Positions 29,386-39,181 of a stretch of 64,000 bases of DNA are shown one piece after another. The stretch lies in IMG/VR virus record IMGVR_UViG_3300045049_000270. One strand, given 5' to 3'. The notes under the pieces are model-generated. The model was not told the DNA's origin. It saw only the letters and a list, made by a program, of their open reading frames with translations, and searched no databases. The DNA is from a virus (lineage: Duplodnaviria > Heunggongvirae > Uroviricota > Caudoviricetes). The first letter of the stretch is position 1, and every line of letters begins with the position of its first letter. The position numbers were made by a program, and so were the translations under genes.

Positions 29386-30261
29386 ATGACTGATAAAGTA
29401 GAAACAAGTACCACCTCTGCTAACGGCAAGGTTAAGTATATCACTAACAAAGAACTTCTCGCTGAAATTCATAAGAGCAAGAATTCATATTGTGTGTACA
29501 TTGATCCTAAATATGCTGCCTACGATGCTATAGTTCATAGCCTTAGTGAAATCACAGACGAACTGATTCAAGCCACTAAAGTCGAAAAAGCCCGCCTTAT
29601 TGTACAACAAGCCAAGGCAAAACAGCGTGAAGCTGGCAAAAAGCCATATGAAATCAAGGTTGACGATGTCAAGCCAGAGGACTTACCCACGGAATCTATC
29701 GTATTCCGTGTTATGACACCTCATCACCTACCACTTGATCCTGATCGTAAGCGCCGTGGAAAAGGGGAGGAAGGCAACTATGTCAAAACTCCATTTCTTC
29801 CATTCAAACATTTCATCATAGTTGACGGGAACCCAACAGAAGTTGGACGTAGTCACTGGACTGGTACCATCCAAGATGGTAAGTTTGATATGACGCATGG
29901 ACAGATTAGCCATCGCCTGGCTGTAATGTTTATGATGTTGGTTGATCGTTATTCTAGACGTTCGAACTGGCGCGGTTATACGTATCTGGATGAAATGAAG
30001 AGTCATGCTTTATTGCAGCTTTCACAGATTGGCCTTCAATTTGATGAATCAAAATCCGATAATCCATTTGCTTTTTACACAACTACGATTAAGAACTGTT
30101 TTACTCGTATTTTGAATCTTGAGAAGAAAAATCAAAATATCCGTGATGACATCTTGATTATGCACGGTGTAAATCCTTCTTATACTCGACAAAATGAGCA
30201 TGAATATGCCAATGTAGAAGGTCCTAGCGAAGTAATCGATCGTACTGCCGACCACAAATAA
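29386..30261 (+). CDS. gp55: Late-transcription sigma factor, gp55-like
   Basis: YITNKELLAEI; NWRGYTYLDEMK; FDESKSDNPFAFYTT; adjacent to gp47/gp46 as in T4-like phages. Confidence 0.85.
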   Translation: MTDKVETSTTSANGKVKYITNKELLAEIHKSKNSYCVYIDPKYAAYDAIVHSLSEITDELIQATKVEKARLIVQQAKAKQREAGKKPYEIKVDDVKPEDLPTESIVFRVMTPHHLPLDPDRKRRGKGEEGNYVKTPFLPFKHFIIVDGNPTEVGRSHWTGTIQDGKFDMTHGQISHRLAVMFMMLVDRYSRRSNWRGYTYLDEMKSHALLQLSQIGLQFDESKSDNPFAFYTTTIKNCFTRILNLEKKNQNIRDDILIMHGVNPSYTRQNEHEYANVEGPSEVIDRTADHK

Positions 30262-30319
30262 CAATTTTGGTTCTGTCTGAGAGCGCGCATATAATCGCGC
30301 TACATTAATAGGATAAAGC

Positions 30320-31333
30320 ATGGCACTATTCGATAAAATCGTAGGGTTCACAGATATCCATTTCGGCAGAAAAGGCAATGATCGACAGGCGAACCAGGAT
30401 AATGAGAATTTCATTTCCTGGTTTATCGAAGAAGCGCACGCTTGGGGAGCAAAGCAGTGCGTCTTTCTTGGCGATTGGCACGATAATCGCCACAATCTGC
30501 ATGTTGGTACATTGAGTTCTTCATTGTCCAATTTGGAACGTCTAAGTAAAGCATTTGACAAAGTATGGTTCATTCCAGGTAATCATGATTTGTTTTATCG
30601 AGAAAAGCGCGATATTAGTAGTATTGAATTTGCGCGAAATATTGGCAATATCGAGATTATCAATGAAGTAAGAGTGGAAGGTGATGTGGCATTTATGCCA
30701 TGGTTGGTTTCTGAAGAATGGAAACAGATCCCAGAAATCAAATCTCGTTATATGTTTGGTCATTTTGAATTGCCAAATTTCTTCATGAATGCAATGGTTG
30801 AAATGCCAGATCATGGCGGTTTGAATCAAACTCATTTTCAAAACCAAGAATATGTTTTCAGTGGTCACTTCCATAAGCGTCAAGCTCGTGGTAAGGTGAT
30901 CTATATTGGCAATGCGTTCCCATTCAGTTTTGCTGATGCTTGGGACGATGATCGCGGTATGTTGCTCTTGGAATGGGGACAGGAACCATTCTTTAAGGAA
31001 TGGCCTGGTGCTCCAACATATAGAACAATGAAGCTAACTGAGGTTCTTGAGGCACCTGAGAAGTTCATTGTTGGTAAGAGTTATAATCGAATTAGCATTG
31101 ACTGTGATATCTCATATGAGGAAGCACAGTTTGTAAAAGAGACTTTTATCGCGCAATTTGGTGCTCGTAAGATTGATTTGGTGCCTTTGAATAAGGAAGA
31201 AGCCGATCAAGAATTTGACGACAACGTTATTTTCCAGAGTATCGATCAGATCGTTATTGAGGGTCTGAACTCAGTGCAATCAACTGGTATAGATACAAAG
31301 ACGCTGGTTGAGATTTACAAAGGTCTTCAGTAA
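30320..31333 (+). CDS. gp47: Recombination nuclease subunit, Mre11/SbcD-like
   Basis: Metallophosphoesterase motifs TDIHFG, LGDW, PGNHD, GHFE and SGHFH. Confidence 0.92.
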   Translation: MALFDKIVGFTDIHFGRKGNDRQANQDNENFISWFIEEAHAWGAKQCVFLGDWHDNRHNLHVGTLSSSLSNLERLSKAFDKVWFIPGNHDLFYREKRDISSIEFARNIGNIEIINEVRVEGDVAFMPWLVSEEWKQIPEIKSRYMFGHFELPNFFMNAMVEMPDHGGLNQTHFQNQEYVFSGHFHKRQARGKVIYIGNAFPFSFADAWDDDRGMLLLEWGQEPFFKEWPGAPTYRTMKLTEVLEAPEKFIVGKSYNRISIDCDISYEEAQFVKETFIAQFGARKIDLVPLNKEEADQEFDDNVIFQSIDQIVIEGLNSVQSTGIDTKTLVEIYKGLQ

Positions 31334-31335
31334 CG

Positions 31336-33120
31336 ATGTTAAAAATAAAGAGTGTTTCGATGCGTAATTTCTTGAGTGTTGGTAATGCCACTCAAGCAGT
31401 TGTGCTTAATAAAGAAGGATTGACGCTAGTTCTTGGTGAAAACTTGGATAATGGCGGTGTCAATAGTCGTAACGGAGTTGGTAAATCAACGCTTTTGCAA
31501 GCTGTTAGTTTTGGTTTATTTGGCCAACCATTAACCAATATCAAGAAAGATAATCTGATCAACAACATTAATGGCAAGAACCTCGTCGTTAGTATTGACT
31601 TTGAAAAAGATGGCAAAGCTTATCGTATTGAGCGTGGTCGCAAACCCACATTCATGCGATATTATGTTGGTGATAATCTAGTACAAGATCCAACAAATGA
31701 TGAAGCTCAGGGTGAAAATAAGTTCACCCAGATCGAAATCGAACGGGTACTCGGTTTCAGCCATGACATGTTTCGCCATATCATTGCTCTGAATACGTAT
31801 ACTGAACCATTCTTGAAAATGCGACCTGGTGATCAACGCCAGATCATTGAAGAATTGTTGGGTATTACGCAACTTAGTACTCGTGCTGATGTTCTGAAGG
31901 AACTAATCAAGAATACAAAAGATAGCATTCGTGATGAAGAAGCACGAATCAAGGCAGTAATTGCGCAGAACGATAAAATGCGGTCTACCATTAGTGACTT
32001 GATGTTGAAAAGCCGTGGATGGGATCAAGCAAGAGACCGTCGAGTATTGCAAGCCGAAAGCCAGCTTACAAATTTACGTAATTTGGATATTGAAGTTGAA
32101 ATCGAAAAGCATAAAAAACTGGGTGATTTCAAGGTTCTAACCACTGAATTGAACCGTACCAAACGCGATCTTCGTAGAATGGAAGGTGATCTGCTTACCA
32201 AGAACTCTAGCCTAGAACGATATTTGACTGATCTTTCAGCAGCTGAAAATCACCATTGTCCGACATGTGGTCAAGAAACCCATGACGGCAGTAATGAGCG
32301 TATTATTGCTGAGTTGAAAGAAAAGATTGCCAAGATTGAACCAGAGCTTATCGCCATTGCTACCGAGGTCGAAGAGCACTCAACAGTCGTAAAACAACTG
32401 GAAGAGGGTTTGGCGTTGATTGGTGACGAACCAATCACAACATATGCAAGCTTGGAACAAGCACTTGAACATCGTAATACGATTAACAATCTGCTTGAGA
32501 CTATATCTCGTGAAACTGAGTCGGTAAACCCATATCAAGATCAAATTAATACACTTGAAACAAGCGGTATTCAGGAAGTCTCTTATGAAACATTGAACGA
32601 ATTACAAGTCTTGTTGAAACATCAAGATTTCTTGTTCAAGATGCTAACAAGCAAGGACTCGTTTATTCGTAAGAAAATCATAGACCAGAATATCAATCAC
32701 TTGAATCACAGATTGAATTTCTACTTGGAAAAGTTGGCTCTACCACATGAGGTGACATTCCATTCAGATTTGAGTGTGGAAATCAATTTACTTGGTCGTG
32801 ACTTTGACTTTGAACAATTGAGTCGTGGCGAATCTACTCGCGTTATTCTGGCAACTAGCTGGGCATTCCGTGATGTGTGGGAAAGCTTGAATCAAACGGT
32901 CAATCTACTTTTCGTGGATGAGATGGTAGACAATGGACTTGATCAACAAGGTAGTGAGAATGCGTTGGATTTGATGAAACGTATGGCACGTGATAGAAAC
33001 AAGAACATTTTCTTGATCTCACACAAAGATGATTTGGTAGGTCGAGTGAACAAGTTGCTGCTGGTGAAGAAAGAGAATTCCTTTACTAGATTTGACAATG
33101 ACGCAGAAGACATTGAATAA
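31336..33120 (+). CDS. gp46: Recombination ATPase subunit, Rad50/SbcC-like
   Basis: Walker A NGVGKST, zinc hook CPTC, coiled coil, signature LSRGE, Walker B LFVDE, and ISH. Confidence 0.92.
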   Translation: MLKIKSVSMRNFLSVGNATQAVVLNKEGLTLVLGENLDNGGVNSRNGVGKSTLLQAVSFGLFGQPLTNIKKDNLINNINGKNLVVSIDFEKDGKAYRIERGRKPTFMRYYVGDNLVQDPTNDEAQGENKFTQIEIERVLGFSHDMFRHIIALNTYTEPFLKMRPGDQRQIIEELLGITQLSTRADVLKELIKNTKDSIRDEEARIKAVIAQNDKMRSTISDLMLKSRGWDQARDRRVLQAESQLTNLRNLDIEVEIEKHKKLGDFKVLTTELNRTKRDLRRMEGDLLTKNSSLERYLTDLSAAENHHCPTCGQETHDGSNERIIAELKEKIAKIEPELIAIATEVEEHSTVVKQLEEGLALIGDEPITTYASLEQALEHRNTINNLLETISRETESVNPYQDQINTLETSGIQEVSYETLNELQVLLKHQDFLFKMLTSKDSFIRKKIIDQNINHLNHRLNFYLEKLALPHEVTFHSDLSVEINLLGRDFDFEQLSRGESTRVILATSWAFRDVWESLNQTVNLLFVDEMVDNGLDQQGSENALDLMKRMARDRNKNIFLISHKDDLVGRVNKLLLVKKENSFTRFDNDAEDIE

Positions 33121-33182
33121 CTGACAACTCTGTTGTACAATTTGGCACCCACGACGGGTGCCAAATTCATTTGAGCCAAGAT

Positions 33183-33506
33183 ATGTCATCAACAGTAATA
33201 ATAAAGATTCCAAGGCTTAACGCAATGCGCATAAAGCTCCAGAGCATTATGCTCCAAGCTGGCGTCGTCACTAAAGGAGTGGATGTGCAAAAGATTATCC
33301 AAAATCGGCTGGACGAATATTATGGAAAATCAGTTCATAACTGCGCTGAAATAGGCAATGAATCAGGTAAAAGTGGTTTAAGTATGCGTATTTTTAAAAT
33401 CGTAACACCGGATTCATATTGGCTTGTAGCAATGAAATTGGCTCCCAATGATCTAGAAGAAAAAATTATCCGATATTCAACAATAACCTACACGGACACA
33501 CTATGA
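33183..33506 (+). CDS. Hypothetical protein
   Basis: ORF overlapping the next gene at ATGA; start uncertain (TTG 33171 or ATG 33183). Confidence 0.55.
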   Translation: MSSTVIIKIPRLNAMRIKLQSIMLQAGVVTKGVDVQKIIQNRLDEYYGKSVHNCAEIGNESGKSGLSMRIFKIVTPDSYWLVAMKLAPNDLEEKIIRYSTITYTDTL

Positions 33507-33862
33507 TGGACCAACCAGAAGACAAGAAAGAAGAAATTAAAATCGAAAACGTCGAAGTCAATCCATTCGACGAATATTGGGATCCGCGGTCACTGTTCAA
33601 GGATATTCAGTATCGTCTGTTGTTTGAGAACAAGAATGAGTTCTACAACAACTATCTGGCTGGAGAACTAGAGGATCTCATGAATTCGCAATGTGGTGAA
33701 GAAGGTAAAGATTGGTTCATCCGTTATGAATTCAATTCCAACGCAGAATATGGTATTGAACTATATTGCCAGAATACTGGTTGGATGATTCTAACAAAGC
33801 TTGTTAATCCAGAACACGAAGCTTTGCCAAAGATTAAACGGATTGAAAAACGTAATCGCTGA
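33503..33862 (+). CDS. Hypothetical protein
   Basis: 119-aa ORF coupled to the upstream gene. Confidence 0.7.
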   Translation: MMDQPEDKKEEIKIENVEVNPFDEYWDPRSLFKDIQYRLLFENKNEFYNNYLAGELEDLMNSQCGEEGKDWFIRYEFNSNAEYGIELYCQNTGWMILTKLVNPEHEALPKIKRIEKRNR

Positions 33863-34333
33863 TTAGCTGTTGATGGTTGATGAGCCCTTAACGGGCTCAT
33901 CAACCATCCTGAAGATTTTTCGAACGTGTTCTCGGTGGCAGAGCATAAACATCATGAGGTCAGATTCTGATTCGAGTTTGATGCTCTTAATCGCAGCGAG
34001 CTTTTTACTGCGGATACGATAGATCTTATATTGGGACGACAAACAAGACTTCAACCAATTGGTCAATTCTATATTGAGTTTATCAAGCACCGACCAAGTT
34101 CTTTCTTGTGAAATGAATACTTCATATTCGAAGATTTCGCCTTCTTTCTTCTGAACCTCACGGACATTCAGGTTCTGTCGAGACGCTAGTCTACTTCTAC
34201 GACCAGATTGGCGACTATTGAAGTGGTTCCTTTTTGGAGTACTATATGATTGCCGCCAAGATCTAATTCGACGTCCAATTCTTACACGTCTTCCACGCAA
34301 GGGTGCTGCTCTACGACGTGGTCTCTTTGCCAT
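33863..34333 (-). CDS. Hypothetical protein with Arg-rich N-terminus
   Basis: MAKRPRRRAAPLRGRRVRIGRRIRSWR...; C-terminal KLESESDLMMFML motif. Confidence 0.7.
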   Translation of the reverse strand: MAKRPRRRAAPLRGRRVRIGRRIRSWRQSYSTPKRNHFNSRQSGRRSRLASRQNLNVREVQKKEGEIFEYEVFISQERTWSVLDKLNIELTNWLKSCLSSQYKIYRIRSKKLAAIKSIKLESESDLMMFMLCHREHVRKIFRMVDEPVKGSSTINS

Positions 34334-34334
34334 T

Positions 34335-34847
34335 TTATGCTGTAATTTGCAAGATAATACTTTTGTTTAGTGTAAAGAATTCTTCGAGTTCTGTCACAAT
34401 AAACTTACCATGCTTACCAGTATATACTGAGTGATTACCGAAAGTATATTTTTCTGATCCGTCAAATGGTACCGCAGCAAAGAACCCTTTGCGATTGATC
34501 TTAAAAGCAACATACCAAACATCACCTTCTTCGACGCAATCTAGAGTTTGATCAATCCACGTATCCAACTGAGGAATGGCACCTGGTGTCATCAATGAAT
34601 GAAAAGGGAAATCGGCGTAGAATTTCGACTCCAATACCAACTTTGGCATGAAGTCAGGAGGTTGAATGTCACCTTTTGCATGACGTACTTGACCCTCGCT
34701 CAAATATTCACGGCGGATGGCATTTGTGCCACCAATATATGCGCCTGAACCAGGAACACGAATAAATGATCCTTCAAAAATTCCAGCAAGAATTTTACAG
34801 AGCTCGCGCTCTCCAGCATTACCCTTAACCTTAGCCTTACTTGGCAT
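34335..34847 (-). CDS. Holliday junction resolvase-like PD-(D/E)xK nuclease
   Basis: KGNAGERE...RVPGSGA...GDI...LESK motifs of Hjc-like resolvases. Confidence 0.8.
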   Translation of the reverse strand: MPSKAKVKGNAGERELCKILAGIFEGSFIRVPGSGAYIGGTNAIRREYLSEGQVRHAKGDIQPPDFMPKLVLESKFYADFPFHSLMTPGAIPQLDTWIDQTLDCVEEGDVWYVAFKINRKGFFAAVPFDGSEKYTFGNHSVYTGKHGKFIVTELEEFFTLNKSIILQITA

Positions 34848-34874
34848 ATTTTTTCCTTATTGTGGCAAGGGCGC

Positions 34875-34903
34875 TTGCTGCCCTTGCCAATCTTTGTTAT
34901 AGT
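34875..34903 (+). promoter_or_regulatory. Putative sigma70 promoter with extended -10
   Basis: TTGCTG-N17-TATAGT with TG at the extended -10 position; the -35 lies inside a 10-bp inverted repeat (34863-34889). Confidence 0.55.
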
Positions 34904-34906
34904 TAC

Positions 34907-35146
34907 GGTATGGTGAGCATACCTCTATTATTTAATTAGAACTGTTAGAGGATGTAACCACCTAAATGATTAAGCCATTATAACTGCAGGTGTGATGGCA
35001 GTCTAATCATTTGCCGAGCAGTAACGGCGCTGATACCTTTATAATTATTAGTATAATAAATTTGATAGTAGTACCAGATCATCTAATACAAATATAAGCC
35101 CATAGATGGTCGAATGGCACTAAGATTTGATATCTTAGTGCCATTT
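34907..35146 (+). ncRNA. Candidate structured ncRNA A (about 240 nt)
   Basis: No ORF; lies between a promoter and a hairpin; nested stems AAATGATTA/TAATCATTT and GCCATTA/TGATGGC, plus further hairpins. Confidence 0.4.
35113..35145. terminator. 14-bp hairpin terminator
   Basis: AATGGCACTAAGAT-ttgat-ATCTTAGTGCCATT next to the stop at 35151. Confidence 0.75.
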
Positions 35147-35150
35147 CTCA

Positions 35151-35384
35151 TTAGAGTAGCATCATACCCGATTGCTCAGTTGATTTGATTCGCTTCTTGA
35201 TTGCTTCGATCATTATTCGACGTTCGTCAACACATAAAGTCCAAGCTTCTTCACGTGGTAAACTACCTCTGGAATGCCACATCAATTCATGAATTTGTTC
35301 AGTTAGCTCATCTCGTTCCTGTTTTAGATATGCCAAATATTCTGGTATCTTTTCAGGTGAGGTATGGAGGAGCTTTACCCGAAA
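35151..35384 (-). CDS. gp51-like / tail chaperone C-terminal segment, probably reached by -1 frameshift from 35375..36214
   Basis: Frame is open from the slippery T TTT TTC (35387-35381) through the TTG at 35336; LMWHSRGSL..EEAW.L...ERR motif. Confidence 0.7.
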   Translation of the reverse strand, partial: FRVKLLHTSPEKIPEYLAYLKQERDELTEQIHELMWHSRGSLPREEAWTLCVDERRIMIEAIKKRIKSTEQSGMMLL

Positions 35385-36214
35385 AAATTTGATGGATCAA
35401 ATTCAACCGTGGTTTTAAACAGTTCCTGGCATTTTGCACACTGTACTTCTTGATCCTTCTGGACACCAGCTTCATTAACTTTCTTTAGCTGTAATTCAAT
35501 TTTCTTTGTCCAATCAGCTGGAATATTATTGATAAAGTCACGAATCATGGATCGGTCGATAACCTGGCCCTCAGGAACTACAATCATCTCGATACTATCA
35601 ACGATTGATTCGACATTCATTTGATTGATACGATCAAAACTAATATTCAATTCGCGTTGTTTTTCTTCTTCTGAAGCGTCAGAATCTTCTAGAATCTGCA
35701 TCTTACGAGCTTCTTGAAAAGCTAGTGTGCTGATATTAGTGCTCGTAACCAGATTAAACGGACGAACATACACAATAACTTCATCGTTCAAACGAACAGG
35801 ATATTCAGGCTCGAGCGGGACCGCAGTATCAAGAATAGCTGAAATGCTAAATGCAAATGTGTTTTCGGCCTTGCATTTTGGACATTCGCATTCGATATCC
35901 ATTTGATCGCCGAATGTAGATGCACGAATAGCCAGTAGAACCGCGTCAACATCCGGTGTTGGGAGTCTTTGTGGATCAGCAATGTTTGGAACACAGCTAC
36001 GAATACATGATTCAATAGCATGGCCACTCATTAGCGCATCAGGGCTCTTCATAAGCATTTCATCGGCACCGCGCATTGGTAGAACGGGTACGTCGCCATT
36101 TGGGGCAAATGTGACGTTTCCTTCTGGTTGGAAACGACCTCCACTCGGCAATCGTACATTTATACCAGGAGCACGATAATATTTTGCCAAAGGATTTGGA
36201 GTCATAGATGTCAT
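35375..36214 (-). CDS. gp26: Baseplate hub assembly / tail chaperone protein, gp26-like
   Basis: NPLAKYYR.P...LPSGG; DEML.K.PDAL; D..LLAIR.ST.G; two CxxC pairs; ends FDPSNFFG. Confidence 0.75.
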   Translation of the reverse strand: MTSMTPNPLAKYYRAPGINVRLPSGGRFQPEGNVTFAPNGDVPVLPMRGADEMLMKSPDALMSGHAIESCIRSCVPNIADPQRLPTPDVDAVLLAIRASTFGDQMDIECECPKCKAENTFAFSISAILDTAVPLEPEYPVRLNDEVIVYVRPFNLVTSTNISTLAFQEARKMQILEDSDASEEEKQRELNISFDRINQMNVESIVDSIEMIVVPEGQVIDRSMIRDFINNIPADWTKKIELQLKKVNEAGVQKDQEVQCAKCQELFKTTVEFDPSNFFG

Positions 36215-36243
36215 AGTTTCCTCGTTAAGTACACTGTTTACTC

Positions 36244-36290
36244 TATTTATGAGTGAGTAATTATCTATGTACTTAATGTCTGAATAAATA
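36244..36290. promoter_or_regulatory. Divergent pair of putative late promoters
   Basis: TATTTAT at 36244-36250 (minus) and ATAAATA at 36284-36290 (plus), between the gp26-like and tape measure genes. Confidence 0.6.
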
Positions 36291-36318
36291 TTCAGATAAC
36301 TTATAAACTGGATTCACC

Positions 36319-39111
36319 ATGGCAGACGTATCTAACCAAGATTTTGCTGAGCTATTATCTCATATAAAAGATCTCACTGGTTCTATGAACAAACTGGTGA
36401 AGAATAGTGATGCAGAACTAAAATATACCAAAGATGTTGCTTCGAAACATGGCGAAGGTTCATTCAAAGGTGCCAGAAAAGACGCTGGTGACGTATCAAA
36501 AGCGTTTACTGCTCTTGGTAACGGTGTGGTTCGTTTTGCTAAACACTTAGAATCCAACACAATCAATGTATCTGGTTCCTTTAAGAAACTAAGCACCGCC
36601 ACTGAAGGTGCATCCGGTTTCTTTTCTAAAACGGCCGCAACCTTTGTGGCAGCAGGTGCCATGATTGGTGTTGCGGTTGAGGAAAATATCAAACGCACAT
36701 TCCAGACATATCAGGGGATGCGAAATATTGGTCAAACATTTGGTGGTAGTTTACTCCAATTACAACTGTCAGCAGCTCAAGCCCGTTTGCCTTTAGATAA
36801 ATTTGCAGAACTCTTGAAGAACAATGGTCAAGCAGCGGCCTCACTCGGCGCACAAGGACTTGGCCAGTGGAGCCGAGGTTTGCGCGAAAGTTTGAAAGAC
36901 GTTGGTGAATTGGGTATGTCAACTGATCAACTGAATGACGTGGTTGGTAACTATACTCAAACAATGATGTTATTTGGTCGTTTGCAAACCACGACTAATC
37001 AACAAGCCATTGCCTCGATGCGCGATTTGTCAATTGAAGCAACTGCGTTGGCTGGGGTTAGTGGTAAAAATCGCATGGAATTGATGAAGGATGCAAATAC
37101 TGCTCTGCAATCCGCGACTTTACGTTCGGCGGCAATTACACAAGAAGGCCGTAACAGCCAAGCAGTAATTAATGCTACTACGAAAGCAACGATGTTCTTG
37201 GCTTCGCTACCGGGTGAAGCCGGTTCTACACTATCAAAGATGTTGGCTGATACTGTTGGTAGCAATGGTGCATATATGACCGAGGCGGTGAAGGATTTCA
37301 CCAATGCTGGCTTATATGGTGTTGCCAATATGATGGACACTATGGCTGACAAGGTAAAAAGTGGTAAAGACCTATCTCCTGAGGACGAAGCCAAATTTTA
37401 TCGAGACTTCATAGCTCAAGGTAAAGCCAATATGGCAACCTTGAATTTGCAAGCTCAAGCAGGTAATCAATCGGCCATCAAAGCTATTTCGATGATCAAG
37501 GATATGGAAAACCAAGCTGGTAATTTTACAGCCGATAATATCCGTAAGCAACGTGAACAAGCACAAATGCAAACTGATGCAACTAAAGCAATCAGTAATC
37601 TTCAGGAAATATTCAACGAAGTAAGTGGTGCAATTCGTGAACGTTTCCTAAAAACAATCATCGCGTGGTCTGAAACACCATCTTTCAAGGATCTTATCGA
37701 AAACTTTAAGAAGCTCGGTGGGCAAGTATCTGAACTATGGTCAAAATATTTTACTCCTGAAAATTTACAGAAAATCGGTAATGCTATTTTCTGGCTTGGC
37801 GAAAAATTCATAAGTGGTATTAGTCTTGCTGTAGATGGTTTCACCAAAATAGTAAGTGTTGTGAATAGGATGGTCGATACATTCGGTAGACTTGGGACCG
37901 CCGCGATGTTATTGGCTGCGTATTTTGGAACAAAATTTCTTGCTAAACGTTATGCACAAGCTCAGACCGATTCACGCCAGCGTGTAGCTATGGCGGCTGG
38001 CGTGAGTCAAGCATTGGCCCGATACAGTTCTGGTGGAGCGTTGCGTGTCATTGGTGGAGGATTTGGCAGTAACGCTATTGCTGAAGCTGAAGAAGAATTA
38101 CGGGAAACTGGGTTGAATGCAGCACGTGGTACACGTTGGCGGCGCGCTGGATATAATGCTGGTCAACGATTTGGACGAGGTATATCGGCCATTCGTAATT
38201 TCCCGTCAACAGCTATAGAACTTGCCAGAAATGCGCCTGGTGGTTTGTTGCGTGGAGCAGGTACACTAGCTAAAGGAGTTGGTCCATCGTTACTGAGAGG
38301 CGCCATGCGTTATGGTGGTATCGCCAGTGCGTTGGGTGGTGTCGCTCTTGATATGGCGCCAAATTTCCGTGGCAAAGAAACACTTTCAAATGCTTTATCG
38401 ATGGGTGGTCTAGGAGCCCAGATTGGTTCAATTTTTGGTCCACTTGGTACATTGATTGGTGGTGGAGTGGGTGCTCTAGCTGGTATAATCATGTCAAATT
38501 GGGAACCAATTAAGAATGCCTTAGGTAAGGCAATTGATTGGATAGGTAGTGCCGTAACTAAAGTATTTGGATGGGTAGCAACTGCATTTAAATTCACACC
38601 GATCGGTATGGCGGTTTCACTATTTGAGTCGCTGAAGAACAATGGATTGACTGGTACCTTCGATGCTATAAAAGAAAAGTTTGATGGTTTCTTTGCTGGT
38701 ATTGGTAATATGGCGAGCAGTGTTGGTGAATGGATTGCTAACAAATTCTCATGGTTAAAGAATTTTGATGTTTTTGGAATCATGAAGAAGGCCATTCTTG
38801 CATTGCCTGGAGGTTCACTATTGGTGAACGCATTTGAAAAAGCAGTAGGTACTACGAACGTTTCGGGGCCGGCTTCAAGTGCTACTACACCCAATACACC
38901 GAATGTAGAAGTAGATCGTTTACAAAACTTAGTAAATACACTCCAGAAACAAAATGCTGACATGCAGAAACAAATGCATTCTCAACAACAAGTTATGTTG
39001 AAGATTCTTGAAGCCTTGCAACATGGTAATGCACAAGATCGCGCAATTGCAATGGCGGCACAAGATTCAATGAAGAAACTCGGCATGAATATGGATCCTA
39101 ATAAAGCATAA
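36319..39111 (+). CDS. Tape measure protein
   Basis: 930 aa, Ala/Gly-rich helical; GAQIGSIFGPLGTLIGGGVG motif and periodic W/F residues; next to the chaperone-like pair. Confidence 0.75.
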   Translation: MADVSNQDFAELLSHIKDLTGSMNKLVKNSDAELKYTKDVASKHGEGSFKGARKDAGDVSKAFTALGNGVVRFAKHLESNTINVSGSFKKLSTATEGASGFFSKTAATFVAAGAMIGVAVEENIKRTFQTYQGMRNIGQTFGGSLLQLQLSAAQARLPLDKFAELLKNNGQAAASLGAQGLGQWSRGLRESLKDVGELGMSTDQLNDVVGNYTQTMMLFGRLQTTTNQQAIASMRDLSIEATALAGVSGKNRMELMKDANTALQSATLRSAAITQEGRNSQAVINATTKATMFLASLPGEAGSTLSKMLADTVGSNGAYMTEAVKDFTNAGLYGVANMMDTMADKVKSGKDLSPEDEAKFYRDFIAQGKANMATLNLQAQAGNQSAIKAISMIKDMENQAGNFTADNIRKQREQAQMQTDATKAISNLQEIFNEVSGAIRERFLKTIIAWSETPSFKDLIENFKKLGGQVSELWSKYFTPENLQKIGNAIFWLGEKFISGISLAVDGFTKIVSVVNRMVDTFGRLGTAAMLLAAYFGTKFLAKRYAQAQTDSRQRVAMAAGVSQALARYSSGGALRVIGGGFGSNAIAEAEEELRETGLNAARGTRWRRAGYNAGQRFGRGISAIRNFPSTAIELARNAPGGLLRGAGTLAKGVGPSLLRGAMRYGGIASALGGVALDMAPNFRGKETLSNALSMGGLGAQIGSIFGPLGTLIGGGVGALAGIIMSNWEPIKNALGKAIDWIGSAVTKVFGWVATAFKFTPIGMAVSLFESLKNNGLTGTFDAIKEKFDGFFAGIGNMASSVGEWIANKFSWLKNFDVFGIMKKAILALPGGSLLVNAFEKAVGTTNVSGPASSATTPNTPNVEVDRLQNLVNTLQKQNADMQKQMHSQQQVMLKILEALQHGNAQDRAIAMAAQDSMKKLGMNMDPNKA

Positions 39112-39146
39112 CCACCTTTTTGACAGGTTCGCATAACATTAATAGA

Positions 39147-39153
39147 ATAAATA
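39147..39153 (+). promoter_or_regulatory. Putative late promoter (ATAAATA)
   Basis: Upstream of portal; preceded at 6-nt spacing by GCATAACATT, a variant of the upstream box. Confidence 0.6.
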
Positions 39154-39181
39154 TTCAAAATTCCTAAGGAAGAAGAATAAC

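Noticed and set aside
30049-30573. 174-aa antisense ORF across gp55/gp47
   Set aside because: Overlaps two confident genes on the opposite strand and has no motif.
38310-38963. 217-aa antisense ORF, and the many similar short ORFs inside structural genes
   Set aside because: Antisense or off-frame shadows of well-supported genes, with no independent signals.
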